Source of the DNA: Verrucomicrobiota bacterium
Lineage (GTDB): Bacteria > Verrucomicrobiota > Verrucomicrobiia > Limisphaerales > AAA164-E04
Direction of reading: 5' to 3'
Assembly: GCA_047947115.1 (NCBI GenBank)
Contig: CP170459.1
Span: 5,088,001 to 5,152,000, forward strand
DNA length: 64,000 nt
Each line of letters opens with the position of its first letter. Within the stretch, counting starts at the first letter, position 1. The notes below the pieces were generated by a model, which worked only from the letters and a program-made list of their open reading frames with translations, was not told the origin of the DNA and ran no database searches. Positions 40,676 to 49,450 of this stretch are shown here, in pieces. Made by a program: the position numbers and the translations under genes.

Positions 40676-41457
40676 AACGTGTCATCATCCTGGGATCCAA
40701 CGGCATGCTTGGCCACATGGTTCACCGTTATCTGTTGAAACATGGTTTGGATGTCATTGCGTTTGATGATCGATGGTCTTCCTCGAATCACCACGAACTT
40801 TCAAAAAAGCTCGAAAAACTGGAACCGGACGCATGCATCAATGCCATCGGCGTTCGGGAACGTAGTCCCGGGGGAACAGACCACCTTATGTGGACCAATG
40901 GCGCATTACCCGGGCTGATTTCACAAGCCTTACCCGCAGACACCTTGTTCATTCACGCCAGTTCGGACGCTGTGTTTGCATCGGACCGCAATGAATGCGC
41001 GTGGGACCTTCCTCATGATCCGGACACTGAATACGGACACTCAAAAAGCCTGGGGGAACTGGGGCTCAAAAGAGCCAATGACTGGATCATCCGCAGTTCC
41101 ATCATCGGTCCCGAAGTTTCCACACAAAAATCCCTCATGAGTTGGTATCTTCACCAACGCCAACCGGTGAAAGGATTCACAAACCAGATCTGGAACGGCA
41201 TCACCACTCTCGAATGGGCCCGACTTGGTCTAAACATCATCAAGGGGAAAATCATTGATTGCGAGAAGGTCCTGCAACCCGGCATTCTGCCTCCGGTCAG
41301 CAAACATGCATTGCTCAAAATGATCAGCCGGGTTTTGAACCATCCGACCGACGTCCTCCCTCAGGCATCAGATTTCCCGGTTCAACGATCCCTTGTACCC
41401 AACGTGGATGGTCCCTCACTGGAAGAACAACTCATGCAGTTGGCCTCCTTCGACTGA
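40672..41457 (+). CDS. RmlD-like NDP-4-keto-sugar reductase
   Basis: ILGSNGMLG, INAIG, HASSDAVF, YGHSKSLGE, IRSSIIG, WNGITT. Confidence 0.88.
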   Translation: MKRVIILGSNGMLGHMVHRYLLKHGLDVIAFDDRWSSSNHHELSKKLEKLEPDACINAIGVRERSPGGTDHLMWTNGALPGLISQALPADTLFIHASSDAVFASDRNECAWDLPHDPDTEYGHSKSLGELGLKRANDWIIRSSIIGPEVSTQKSLMSWYLHQRQPVKGFTNQIWNGITTLEWARLGLNIIKGKIIDCEKVLQPGILPPVSKHALLKMISRVLNHPTDVLPQASDFPVQRSLVPNVDGPSLEEQLMQLASFD

Positions 41458-41576
41458 AAATTGACAAATATTGTTCTTTTTTCAAACCCCACCTGAAACT
41501 ACCCAGAAATTGACTTTCAACCTCACTTTAATGGGCGTAGTGTGACGTCTGTTGAAGTCCAATAGAATTTCTTTGA

Positions 41577-44500
41577 ATGAGAAGGTTGCAATCAATGATG
41601 TGGAATAACAAAAAAGGCGCCGACATGATCAAACGAATGGTGACTGGCATCGTAGCCCTCGCTGCCCTCCCCCAACTCGCCGAGGCCCAGCCTTCGATTG
41701 ATTTCAATCGCGATATCAAACCCATCCTCTCAGACAGATGTTTTTCCTGTCATGGGCCGGATGAACAAGGCCGGAAAGCGAACCTTCGCTTTGACATCAA
41801 AACCGACCTCAGCCACGCGTCGGACCAGGGAACACCCATTTTGCAACCCGGGGATCCCGATGCCAGCGAATTGTATCTTCGCATCATCACGGATGATCCA
41901 GATGACATCATGCCGCCTCCCGAAGCTCTGTTGACACTTTCACCAGCAGAAAAACAGTTGATCAGACGTTGGATCAAAGAAGGCGCCGAGTGGTCGGGAC
42001 ATTGGTCTTTCCAAAGTGTCGGAAAAATCGAAGTTCCTGAAGTATCCAGAGAAGCCTTGCTCAGAAATCCCATTGATCATTTTGTCGAACAAAGATTAAT
42101 CCAGGAAGATCTGCCATCCACTGAAGAAGCCTCGCTGGAAAGACTGCTGCGACGTGTTTCAATCGATTTGACGGGACTCCCCCCCAGCGAGGAGATGCGC
42201 AACCGATTCCTTCTGGACAAGAAACCAGGCGCATACGAACGACTGGTGGACCGGTTGCTGGCATCAGAACATTTTGGCGAGCGCATGGCAATGGACTGGT
42301 TGGACGTGGCCCGTTTTGCCGATACCTACGGGTACCAGGCTGATCGTTTCAACCATTTGTGGCCCTGGAGAGACTGGGTGATCCAAGCCTTTAATCAAAA
42401 CCTTCCTTACGACGAATTCATCACGCATCAAATGGCGGGTGACCTGATGGAAGACCGTACGCAGGACACAGTGTTGGCGACCGCATTCCATCGGAACCAC
42501 CGTCAGACCAATGAAGGCGGCAGCACCAATGAAGAATTCCGGGTGGAATACAATGCCGACCGGCTCAAAACCACCGCACTGGCATTTTTGGGGTTAACCA
42601 TTGAGTGCGCCCGCTGCCATGATCATAAATATGACCCGATATCACAGCGCGATTACTACCGATTGTTCGCCTTTTTCAACAACACCGACGAATCGGGGCT
42701 ATACTCTCACTTTACCGACGCCATCCCCACTCCGACACACTTCCTTTACAAAGAGGGTGAGCACCCAAAACATGAGGCGGCAAAATCCAGGATACGGGCA
42801 TTGGAAGCAAAGGAAGCATCCATCCGAGAAGTTGCCAAACCGGCCTTCGAAACCTGGTGGAAGGAAATCAAAGTTGCGAGCGCTTATCCAGATGCAGATC
42901 AGGTGGGGTATTTCAATTTTGAAACAAAAGAAGAAAAAGGTTACCCGAATCTGGCAAAGGAAGATCACTTCGCAAAGATCAACGACAACCCTCAGCCGGT
43001 CGAAGGCAACAAGGGACAATCGCTCGTGTTTGATGGTGAGAATTCCATCAACATCGACCAAGTGGCGGACTTCAATCGAAACCAACCCTTCTCGATGTCC
43101 GTCTGGATGGAAATCCCTGAAGTACTGAACAAAATCATCGTTCTCCATCACTCCCAAGCAGGGTCGGATGCCGGCAGCAGGGGGTATGAGTTGCTGTTGG
43201 AAGATGGCCATGCCGCTTTTGCCCTGGTTCATTTTTGGCCGGGGAATGCCATCAAGGTCCGCACCCAATCAACACTGCCCATCCATCAATGGCTGCATCT
43301 CGGGTGGACCTACGATGGTTCCAGCAAAGCGGAAGGCATAAGGCTTTATGTCAACGGCAAACCTGAGCCGGTGGAAATCGTCCGGGACACACTCTACAGA
43401 GACATTACTTACGGTGGAGGGGTGCCCTTGCAACTTGCCGCACGTTTCAGAGGCCGGGGATTCAAGGATGGCAAACTGGATGAACTCCGCATCTTCAACA
43501 CGGAACTCACCCCGCTGGAAATGCAGGCCGTTTTTCTGGAAACCCCCATCCAAAAACCCGAAACGAACGAGCCGGACACGGAAGCATGGTTCGACTATTG
43601 GCTGAATCGCCATCACAAACCTTATCAAACCTGGGTTTCAGATTTGCAGGAAGCCCGGCAGGAAGAGAGCCGCATCGTCGAAAGCCTGCGTGAAATCATG
43701 GCCATGGGTGACATCAAGGGGGGACGTAAAACCTACATCCTTCGAAGAGGACAATACGATCTCCCCGCCGAAGAAGTTTCCGCCGGAACACCCGATCGCA
43801 TTTTGCCTTTTGACCCCTCCTGGCCGGCAAATCGACTCGGCCTGGCAAAGTGGTTGATCGATCGCAAGCATCCGCTCACTTCCCGCGTGGTGGTGAATCG
43901 ATTCTGGCAAATGTTTTTCGGAAAAGGACTTGTCGAAACTTCCGAGGATTTCGGCAGTCAGGGCGCCCAACCCTCCCATCGCGAGTTGCTGGACTGGTTG
44001 GCCGGCTGGTATATGGACAACGGATGGAACACAAAGGCTTTGTTGAAACTGATCGTCACCTCCCACACCTATCGCAAAGACTCTGTCCCAACACACGAAA
44101 TGATGCAGAAGGATCCGGAAAACAGACTCCTGGCGCGTGGCCCCAAACAACGGCTGATGGCGGAAATCTTACGGGATCAAGCCCTCAGCGCGGCAGGCAT
44201 ATTATCCCCCAAACTCGGAGGTCCCAGCGTCAAGCCGTACCAACCTGCAGGCGTCTGGAAAGAAGTCTCCGGGGCCACCTACACACCTGATAAAGGCGAA
44301 GGTCTGCATCGTCGCAGTCTTTACACATATTGGAAGCGCACCGCTCCCCCCCCTGCCATGCTGACCTTCGATGCCACATCACGCGAGGATTGCATTGCGC
44401 GACGCGTCCCAACCAACACCCCCCTGCAAGCGTTGGTTCTGCTGAACGATCCCCAGTTCATCGAAGCAGCCCGCATGCTGGCACAACGCATGGTGCAGGA

Positions 44501-44771
44501 AGGCGGCGAATCCCTGATCGACCAGATTGTCTACGGATTTCGTCAAGTCATCACACGCCCCCCCAACGCGCCCGAACTGGAATTATTGAAAACCATTTAC
44601 AGCGAACGCTTCGACTCCCTCGCAGGTGTCGATTTCTCCAAAGAGGACGCCTCGATCGAGCAAATGGGAGAATTGAAATGGGAAAAAGATCTGGACCTCC
44701 GAAACCTCAGTGCTCTCACAGCGGTGTCACTGGCCATATTAAATTTCGACGAAGCCATCGTGAGAAGATAA
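41577..44771 (+). CDS. Planctomycete-type cytochrome c / DUF1549 / LamG / DUF1553 protein
   Basis: FNRDIKPILSDRCFSCHG, WLDVARFADT, CARCHDHKYDP; LamG-like insert (FSMSVW, WLHLGWTYDGS, LYVNG, LDELRIFN); NRFWQ, HRRSLY, TNTPLQAL. True start may be slightly downstream. Confidence 0.93.
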   Translation: MRRLQSMMWNNKKGADMIKRMVTGIVALAALPQLAEAQPSIDFNRDIKPILSDRCFSCHGPDEQGRKANLRFDIKTDLSHASDQGTPILQPGDPDASELYLRIITDDPDDIMPPPEALLTLSPAEKQLIRRWIKEGAEWSGHWSFQSVGKIEVPEVSREALLRNPIDHFVEQRLIQEDLPSTEEASLERLLRRVSIDLTGLPPSEEMRNRFLLDKKPGAYERLVDRLLASEHFGERMAMDWLDVARFADTYGYQADRFNHLWPWRDWVIQAFNQNLPYDEFITHQMAGDLMEDRTQDTVLATAFHRNHRQTNEGGSTNEEFRVEYNADRLKTTALAFLGLTIECARCHDHKYDPISQRDYYRLFAFFNNTDESGLYSHFTDAIPTPTHFLYKEGEHPKHEAAKSRIRALEAKEASIREVAKPAFETWWKEIKVASAYPDADQVGYFNFETKEEKGYPNLAKEDHFAKINDNPQPVEGNKGQSLVFDGENSINIDQVADFNRNQPFSMSVWMEIPEVLNKIIVLHHSQAGSDAGSRGYELLLEDGHAAFALVHFWPGNAIKVRTQSTLPIHQWLHLGWTYDGSSKAEGIRLYVNGKPEPVEIVRDTLYRDITYGGGVPLQLAARFRGRGFKDGKLDELRIFNTELTPLEMQAVFLETPIQKPETNEPDTEAWFDYWLNRHHKPYQTWVSDLQEARQEESRIVESLREIMAMGDIKGGRKTYILRRGQYDLPAEEVSAGTPDRILPFDPSWPANRLGLAKWLIDRKHPLTSRVVVNRFWQMFFGKGLVETSEDFGSQGAQPSHRELLDWLAGWYMDNGWNTKALLKLIVTSHTYRKDSVPTHEMMQKDPENRLLARGPKQRLMAEILRDQALSAAGILSPKLGGPSVKPYQPAGVWKEVSGATYTPDKGEGLHRRSLYTYWKRTAPPPAMLTFDATSREDCIARRVPTNTPLQALVLLNDPQFIEAARMLAQRMVQEGGESLIDQIVYGFRQVITRPPNAPELELLKTIYSERFDSLAGVDFSKEDASIEQMGELKWEKDLDLRNLSALTAVSLAILNFDEAIVRR

Positions 44772-44796
44772 GAAACCTCAAACGCCACATACGTCC

Positions 44797-46248
44797 ATGA
44801 AACATTTGAAAGAAGCACATTGCCAATCCTTCGAGCACCACCCCTCGCGTCGAGCATTCCTGGCCAAATCCGGAATGGGCCTGGGAGCCCTGGCATTGAA
44901 CCAACTCATTTCCGCAGAATCGCCGCGTTCTTCTCTGAGAGGCATCCTCGATCATCCCCACCACGCCCCGAAGGCAAAGCGGGTCATCTACCTCTTCATG
45001 AGCGGAGGGCCCTCTCAATTGGATTTGTTCGACTACAAACCGATACTGAACAAAATGAACGGCGAGGATCTGCCGGAATCTGTGCGCATGGGACAACGCC
45101 TGACGGGAATGTCCGCCAACCAGGCCAAACTTCCCATGGCGGGATCCATTTTCAAATTCGATCGCCACGGCCAATCCGGAGCGCAAATCAGCGAAATACT
45201 TCCCCACACTGCCAGGATTGCCGATGATCTCTGCATCATCCGATCCCTGCACACGGATGCCATCAATCATGACCCTGCCATTACCTTCTTCCAGACAGGT
45301 TCCCAACTGGCTGGTCGTCCGTCGATGGGATCATGGCTCAGCTATGGATTGGGTTCTGAAAACGACAATTTACCCGCATTCTGCGTCCTGATCACCCGCA
45401 ACAAAGGCGGCCAACCACTCTATTCAAGACTCTGGGGAAACGGTTTTCTTCCATCCATCCACCAGGGAGTCCAGTTCCGGGCAGGGAAAGACCCGGTGTT
45501 GTATCTGGAAAATCCAACCGGAGTCACCCAGCAACAACGCCGACAAATGCTGGACCGCCTTCGGGCCTTGAACGAAATTCAGATGGAAAAGGAAAAAGAT
45601 CCGGAAATTGCCACCCGCATCGCCCAATACGAAATGGCCTACCGCATGCAGACTTCCGTTCCGGACGTCATGGACCTGAGCGACGAACCCGAGTCCACGT
45701 ATGAACTCTACGGTGAAGACGCACGAAAACCCGGCACCTTCGCAGCCAACTGCCTGCTCGCACGTCGACTGGCCGAACGCGATGTCCGGTTTATTGAACT
45801 GTTTCACCAAGGATGGGATCAACATGGCGGCCTGCCTGCAGGTCTTCGACGACAATGCGAGGAAACGGACCAGGCATCGGCCGCTTTGGTCACCGATTTG
45901 AAGCGTCGCGGTTTGCTGGACGATACCCTCGTCATCTGGGGCGGTGAATTTGGTCGAACGAATTATTCCCAGGGCAAGCTGACGGCCACCGACTACGGAA
46001 GAGACCATCACCCGCGCTGCTTCACCCAATGGGTGGCGGGAGGAGGATTCCAACCAGGCCTGACCTATGGCGAAACCGACGAATTCGGCTACAACGTTGT
46101 CAAGGATGGTGTGGATGTGCACGATCTGCACGCCACCATGCTCAACCAACTCGGAATTGAGCATGAAAAGCTAACCTTCAAGTACCAGGGCCGACGTTAC
46201 CGACTGACCGATATCAAAGGCAACGTCGTCAAACCACTCATTGTTTGA
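44797..46248 (+). CDS. DUF1501 domain protein (Tat-exported)
   Basis: SRRAFL, GGPSQLDLFDYKP, NHDPA, CLLARRLAER, WDQH, WGGEFGRT, GRDHHP. Confidence 0.93.
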   Translation: MKHLKEAHCQSFEHHPSRRAFLAKSGMGLGALALNQLISAESPRSSLRGILDHPHHAPKAKRVIYLFMSGGPSQLDLFDYKPILNKMNGEDLPESVRMGQRLTGMSANQAKLPMAGSIFKFDRHGQSGAQISEILPHTARIADDLCIIRSLHTDAINHDPAITFFQTGSQLAGRPSMGSWLSYGLGSENDNLPAFCVLITRNKGGQPLYSRLWGNGFLPSIHQGVQFRAGKDPVLYLENPTGVTQQQRRQMLDRLRALNEIQMEKEKDPEIATRIAQYEMAYRMQTSVPDVMDLSDEPESTYELYGEDARKPGTFAANCLLARRLAERDVRFIELFHQGWDQHGGLPAGLRRQCEETDQASAALVTDLKRRGLLDDTLVIWGGEFGRTNYSQGKLTATDYGRDHHPRCFTQWVAGGGFQPGLTYGETDEFGYNVVKDGVDVHDLHATMLNQLGIEHEKLTFKYQGRRYRLTDIKGNVVKPLIV

Positions 46249-46292
46249 AACAAACAACCCCTCACACCGATCCAAAAGTAGCCCCGTCAATC

Positions 46293-46817
46293 ATGGCCGA
46301 AGAAATCTTTGATGTCGTCAATGACCGCGATGAAGTCGTTGACCAACGCCCCAGGAGCGAAGTGCACGCCAGAAACATGCTCCATCGCGCTGTACATGTG
46401 CTGGTTTTTCACTCGGACGGCAAACTGTTCCTCCAGAAGCGATCCATGCTCAAGGACTGCTTTCCCGGTACTTGGGATTCCTCCGCATCCGGACACCTCG
46501 ACACCGGTGAATCCTATGATGACTGCGCGGTACGCGAAGTCAGTGAGGAACTGGGATGGCAACCTGATCGTCCTCTTGAAAAACTCTTCAAACTACCGGC
46601 AAGCGAGGAAACGGGCTGGGAATTTGTCTGGATTTACCGGGTGCAGTACGACGGCCCCTTCACGTTGCATCCTGATGAGATTGAGCGAGGCGATTGGTTT
46701 TCCCGCGATCATATTCAAGGATGGCTTGACCAAAATCCGGAAGAATTTGCAAGCGCTTTCCGTTTGTTGTGGAAAGCCTTTTTGGCATGGGAAACCGCTT
46801 CAACAAATCCTGCATAA
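46293..46817 (+). CDS. NUDIX hydrolase (YfcD/IPP-isomerase-like)
   Basis: LHRAVHVLVF, LQKRS..KD.FPG.WD, Nudix box GHLDTGESYDDCAVREVSEELG. Confidence 0.92.
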   Translation: MAEEIFDVVNDRDEVVDQRPRSEVHARNMLHRAVHVLVFHSDGKLFLQKRSMLKDCFPGTWDSSASGHLDTGESYDDCAVREVSEELGWQPDRPLEKLFKLPASEETGWEFVWIYRVQYDGPFTLHPDEIERGDWFSRDHIQGWLDQNPEEFASAFRLLWKAFLAWETASTNPA

Positions 46818-46818
46818 G

Positions 46819-47724
46819 ATGGAAAAATTCGCCCTGGGAATTGATCTGGGTGGCACAAGAGTCAAACACGTCCTTGTCTCGGAGTCCGGACAGACCGTCG
46901 ACCAGGGGGCGCATGATTTCAAACAGCACGAGACCATGGATTGGAAAAGTTCCATTCAATACATGGTCAGACAGATACAAGACCGATTTCCGGATCACCC
47001 ATTATCCATCGGACTATCCGCACCTGGGCTCGTGGCGCTGGACGGCCTGTCCATCCGACACATGCCCGGAAGGTTGCAGGGACTTGAAGGCCTGGTCTGG
47101 ACCGAGGCATTGAATCATCCAGCCCCCATCCCCGTGCTTAACGACGCTCATTCCGCCTTGCTGGGCGAAGTCTGGAGAGGAGTAGCCAGAGGCATGCAAA
47201 ACGTCGTCATGATCACTCTGGGGACCGGTGTTGGAGGAGCGGCCATGGTTGACGGCCATTTGCTTAAAGGTCATATTGGAAGGGCCGGGCATTTGGGGCA
47301 CATCAGCCAACAAGTGTATGGCCCCCCCGACATTTGCCGGACACCTGGCAGTCTCGAATGGAATATTGGAAACTGCACCATCAAAGACCGCACAAACGGA
47401 CGTTTTACATCCACTCACGATTTGGTTCAGGCAAGCATTGAAGGAGATCCGTTCGCAAAGGGAGTTTGGGAGCGGTCCGTCCGATATCTCGCGGCAGGTC
47501 TGACGTCTTTTATCAACATCCTCGACCCCGAAGCCATTGTCATCGGAGGAGGCATCGCCGAATCCGGCAGAACATTATTTGAGCCGCTACAAAAGGCCTT
47601 GAACGAAATGGAATGGCATGTTCAGGATCATCGCGTCAGCATCTTGAAAGCGAGTCTGGGCGAATATGCCGGGGCTTATGGCGCTGCCTTCCAATCCTTG
47701 GAAAATCAGCAAATTGGTACATGA
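46819..47724 (+). CDS. ROK family sugar kinase
   Basis: GIDLGGT, NDAH.A.LGE, TLGTGVGG, AGHLGH, VIGGGI, AGAYGAA; ATG directly after the NUDIX stop. Confidence 0.92.
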   Translation: MEKFALGIDLGGTRVKHVLVSESGQTVDQGAHDFKQHETMDWKSSIQYMVRQIQDRFPDHPLSIGLSAPGLVALDGLSIRHMPGRLQGLEGLVWTEALNHPAPIPVLNDAHSALLGEVWRGVARGMQNVVMITLGTGVGGAAMVDGHLLKGHIGRAGHLGHISQQVYGPPDICRTPGSLEWNIGNCTIKDRTNGRFTSTHDLVQASIEGDPFAKGVWERSVRYLAAGLTSFINILDPEAIVIGGGIAESGRTLFEPLQKALNEMEWHVQDHRVSILKASLGEYAGAYGAAFQSLENQQIGT

Positions 47725-47757
47725 AAAATCGGCGAAACCCATGCGGGAATCGCCGAT
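47724..47757 (-). terminator. Terminator hairpin for rpmB (possibly bidirectional)
   Basis: ATCGGCGA...TCGCCGAT stem with an A5 run on the + strand (U run on -), between convergent genes. Confidence 0.65.
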
Positions 47758-47776
47758 CGTGAAATGTAATGCCAAA

Positions 47777-48031
47777 TCAGGCGGGTTTCTTCCAAGTGCG
47801 CTTGGGCGCTTTGGTCACCAAACCTTTCTTAATTGCCTTGGCTGTGACGCGGATGTATTTCACCTCACCGTCAATGATCACCTTGACACGCTGAAGGTTA
47901 GGCAAGAACCGACGTTTGGTGATACCGGTTACATGTGTACCGATACCGCCTTTTTTCTTGGCTTTACCACTGCGCCAAATGTGACTTCCCTTAATGGGCC
48001 GTTTTCCTGTTAACTGACAAATCCTGGACAT
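47777..48031 (-). CDS. rpmB: 50S ribosomal protein L28
   Basis: MSRICQLTGKRP...GKAKKKGGIG...TKRRFLPNLQ. Confidence 0.96.
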   Translation of the reverse strand: MSRICQLTGKRPIKGSHIWRSGKAKKKGGIGTHVTGITKRRFLPNLQRVKVIIDGEVKYIRVTAKAIKKGLVTKAPKRTWKKPA

Positions 48032-48341
48032 AATGCCGTGCGTTGATTGTTTTTCTAAAAAACAAGGGCGGGATATTACGAACCGCTCCAAAGCATATCA
48101 AGTGTTAAAAATAAGAAACCTTCATTTTTTTGCTTTTGCCCCCCCCCCCGCCTGAACGATGCCGTTTTGTAAAACATGCCATCGACCAATCGGAAAAAAC
48201 GTAACTCCATATGTGATGGAATGGGTGATGACCGTTATCAATAGCAAATGGTTACATTTTTATTAATTTTTTGCTTTCATCAGGTCTGAATTTCACCAAA
48301 ACTCACCCAACCCCCAGAATATAAAACACACAGGTAGACGA

Positions 48342-49196
48342 ATGAAGATCCGTACCAACAACACGCGTTCCGGTTTCACTTTGATTGAACTGCTCGTTGT
48401 CATTGCCATCATAGCCATCCTCGCAGGCATGTTGCTGCCAGCGCTTTCCAAAGCAAAATCCAAAGCCAAGGCGATCCATTGCGTGTCCAATCTCAAGCAG
48501 TGGGGAATCATCTGGCAGATGTATGTCGATGATAATGAGGGCAAATTCAGCGATGGCGACATCGGCTGGGCTCGAGGCGAATGGGTGGTGGCGCTGGCCG
48601 AACATTATCAGGAAAAACCCATGCTCCTTCTATGCCCAACGGCTGTCAATCGACGTGGCAATAGCTCCGGCACCACCGAAATCAAAAAACCGGTCGGCAC
48701 CCCCGAAAGTCAATTATCAGACTGGGGCGGCGCATTCACGGCCTACAATTTCCCCAACTTCGCAAATGACTTCGAAGCAGGATCCAAGTTTCTCATAAGC
48801 AGCTATGGTGGAAACAACTGGATTTACAATGCCAAAACAGATATCCAGGGCCGCGCCAAGAAAGATCACTGGGGATCGCTGGATGTCACCGACAGTGTTT
48901 CTGACATTCCACTGTTCCTGGATGCCATGTGGCGTGGCGGTGGTCCTGACCACAGCAACAGCACCAAGGATCAAGCTCCTCAATACAACGGTCAATGGGC
49001 GGGTTTCGGTCAGGAATCCATGCATTTCGCCATGGCCCGACATGGGCAGGGTGTGAATGTCGCTTATTTTGACCACTCCGTACGTTCCACTCGCTCACCA
49101 CGCCAAATCTGGCAGATGAAGTGGCACCGGAGCTACCAACGCCACGGTTTCGAACGCACTAAGAACTTCCCGGCCTGGATCGGCAACGGAAGATAG
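48342..49196 (+). CDS. Prepilin-type N-terminal cleavage/methylation protein (PVC H-X9-DG family)
   Basis: [33 protein letters not shown]-terminal H-X9-DH. Confidence 0.92.
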   Translation: MKIRTNNTRSGFTLIELLVVIAIIAILAGMLLPALSKAKSKAKAIHCVSNLKQWGIIWQMYVDDNEGKFSDGDIGWARGEWVVALAEHYQEKPMLLLCPTAVNRRGNSSGTTEIKKPVGTPESQLSDWGGAFTAYNFPNFANDFEAGSKFLISSYGGNNWIYNAKTDIQGRAKKDHWGSLDVTDSVSDIPLFLDAMWRGGGPDHSNSTKDQAPQYNGQWAGFGQESMHFAMARHGQGVNVAYFDHSVRSTRSPRQIWQMKWHRSYQRHGFERTKNFPAWIGNGR

Positions 49197-49233
49197 TTAA
49201 ATGGTGAATAGTGAATGTTGAATTGTTCAGCAA

Positions 49234-49450
49234 GGTAGAGCGTGCCGTCCCTGGCGCGCCCCTTGTGGTGTTCGAGCTGCCACCAATCTCCGCTTTGGGA
49301 AGCCTTCGGTTTTCATCGGCCTATATCCTTTTTCAGAACACAACATAAGGGTTTGGGCGATCAATTACGTCAGGGCTCCCTTTAAGCGGCACTCCTGAAC
49401 ACGCTTACCACAAGGTGCGGACCGTGATCCCGACGAGTCGGGAATCTACC
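49234..49450. repeat. REP/MITE-like nested inverted-repeat element between convergent genes
   Basis: GGTAG + GCGTGCC/GGCGCGC hairpin at left; CCTTGTGGT (49261) / ACCACAAGG (49407) inverted repeat; TCCCGAC/GTCGGGA hairpin + CTACC at right. Confidence 0.5.

Noticed and set aside
45424..46164. 246-aa antisense ORF (and a similar one at 25528..26019)
   Set aside because: Shadows of conserved DUF1501 genes.
46309..46818. N-terminal extension of the 471-aa ROK ORF
   Set aside because: Overlaps the NUDIX gene in another frame; ROK homology starts at ATG 46819.
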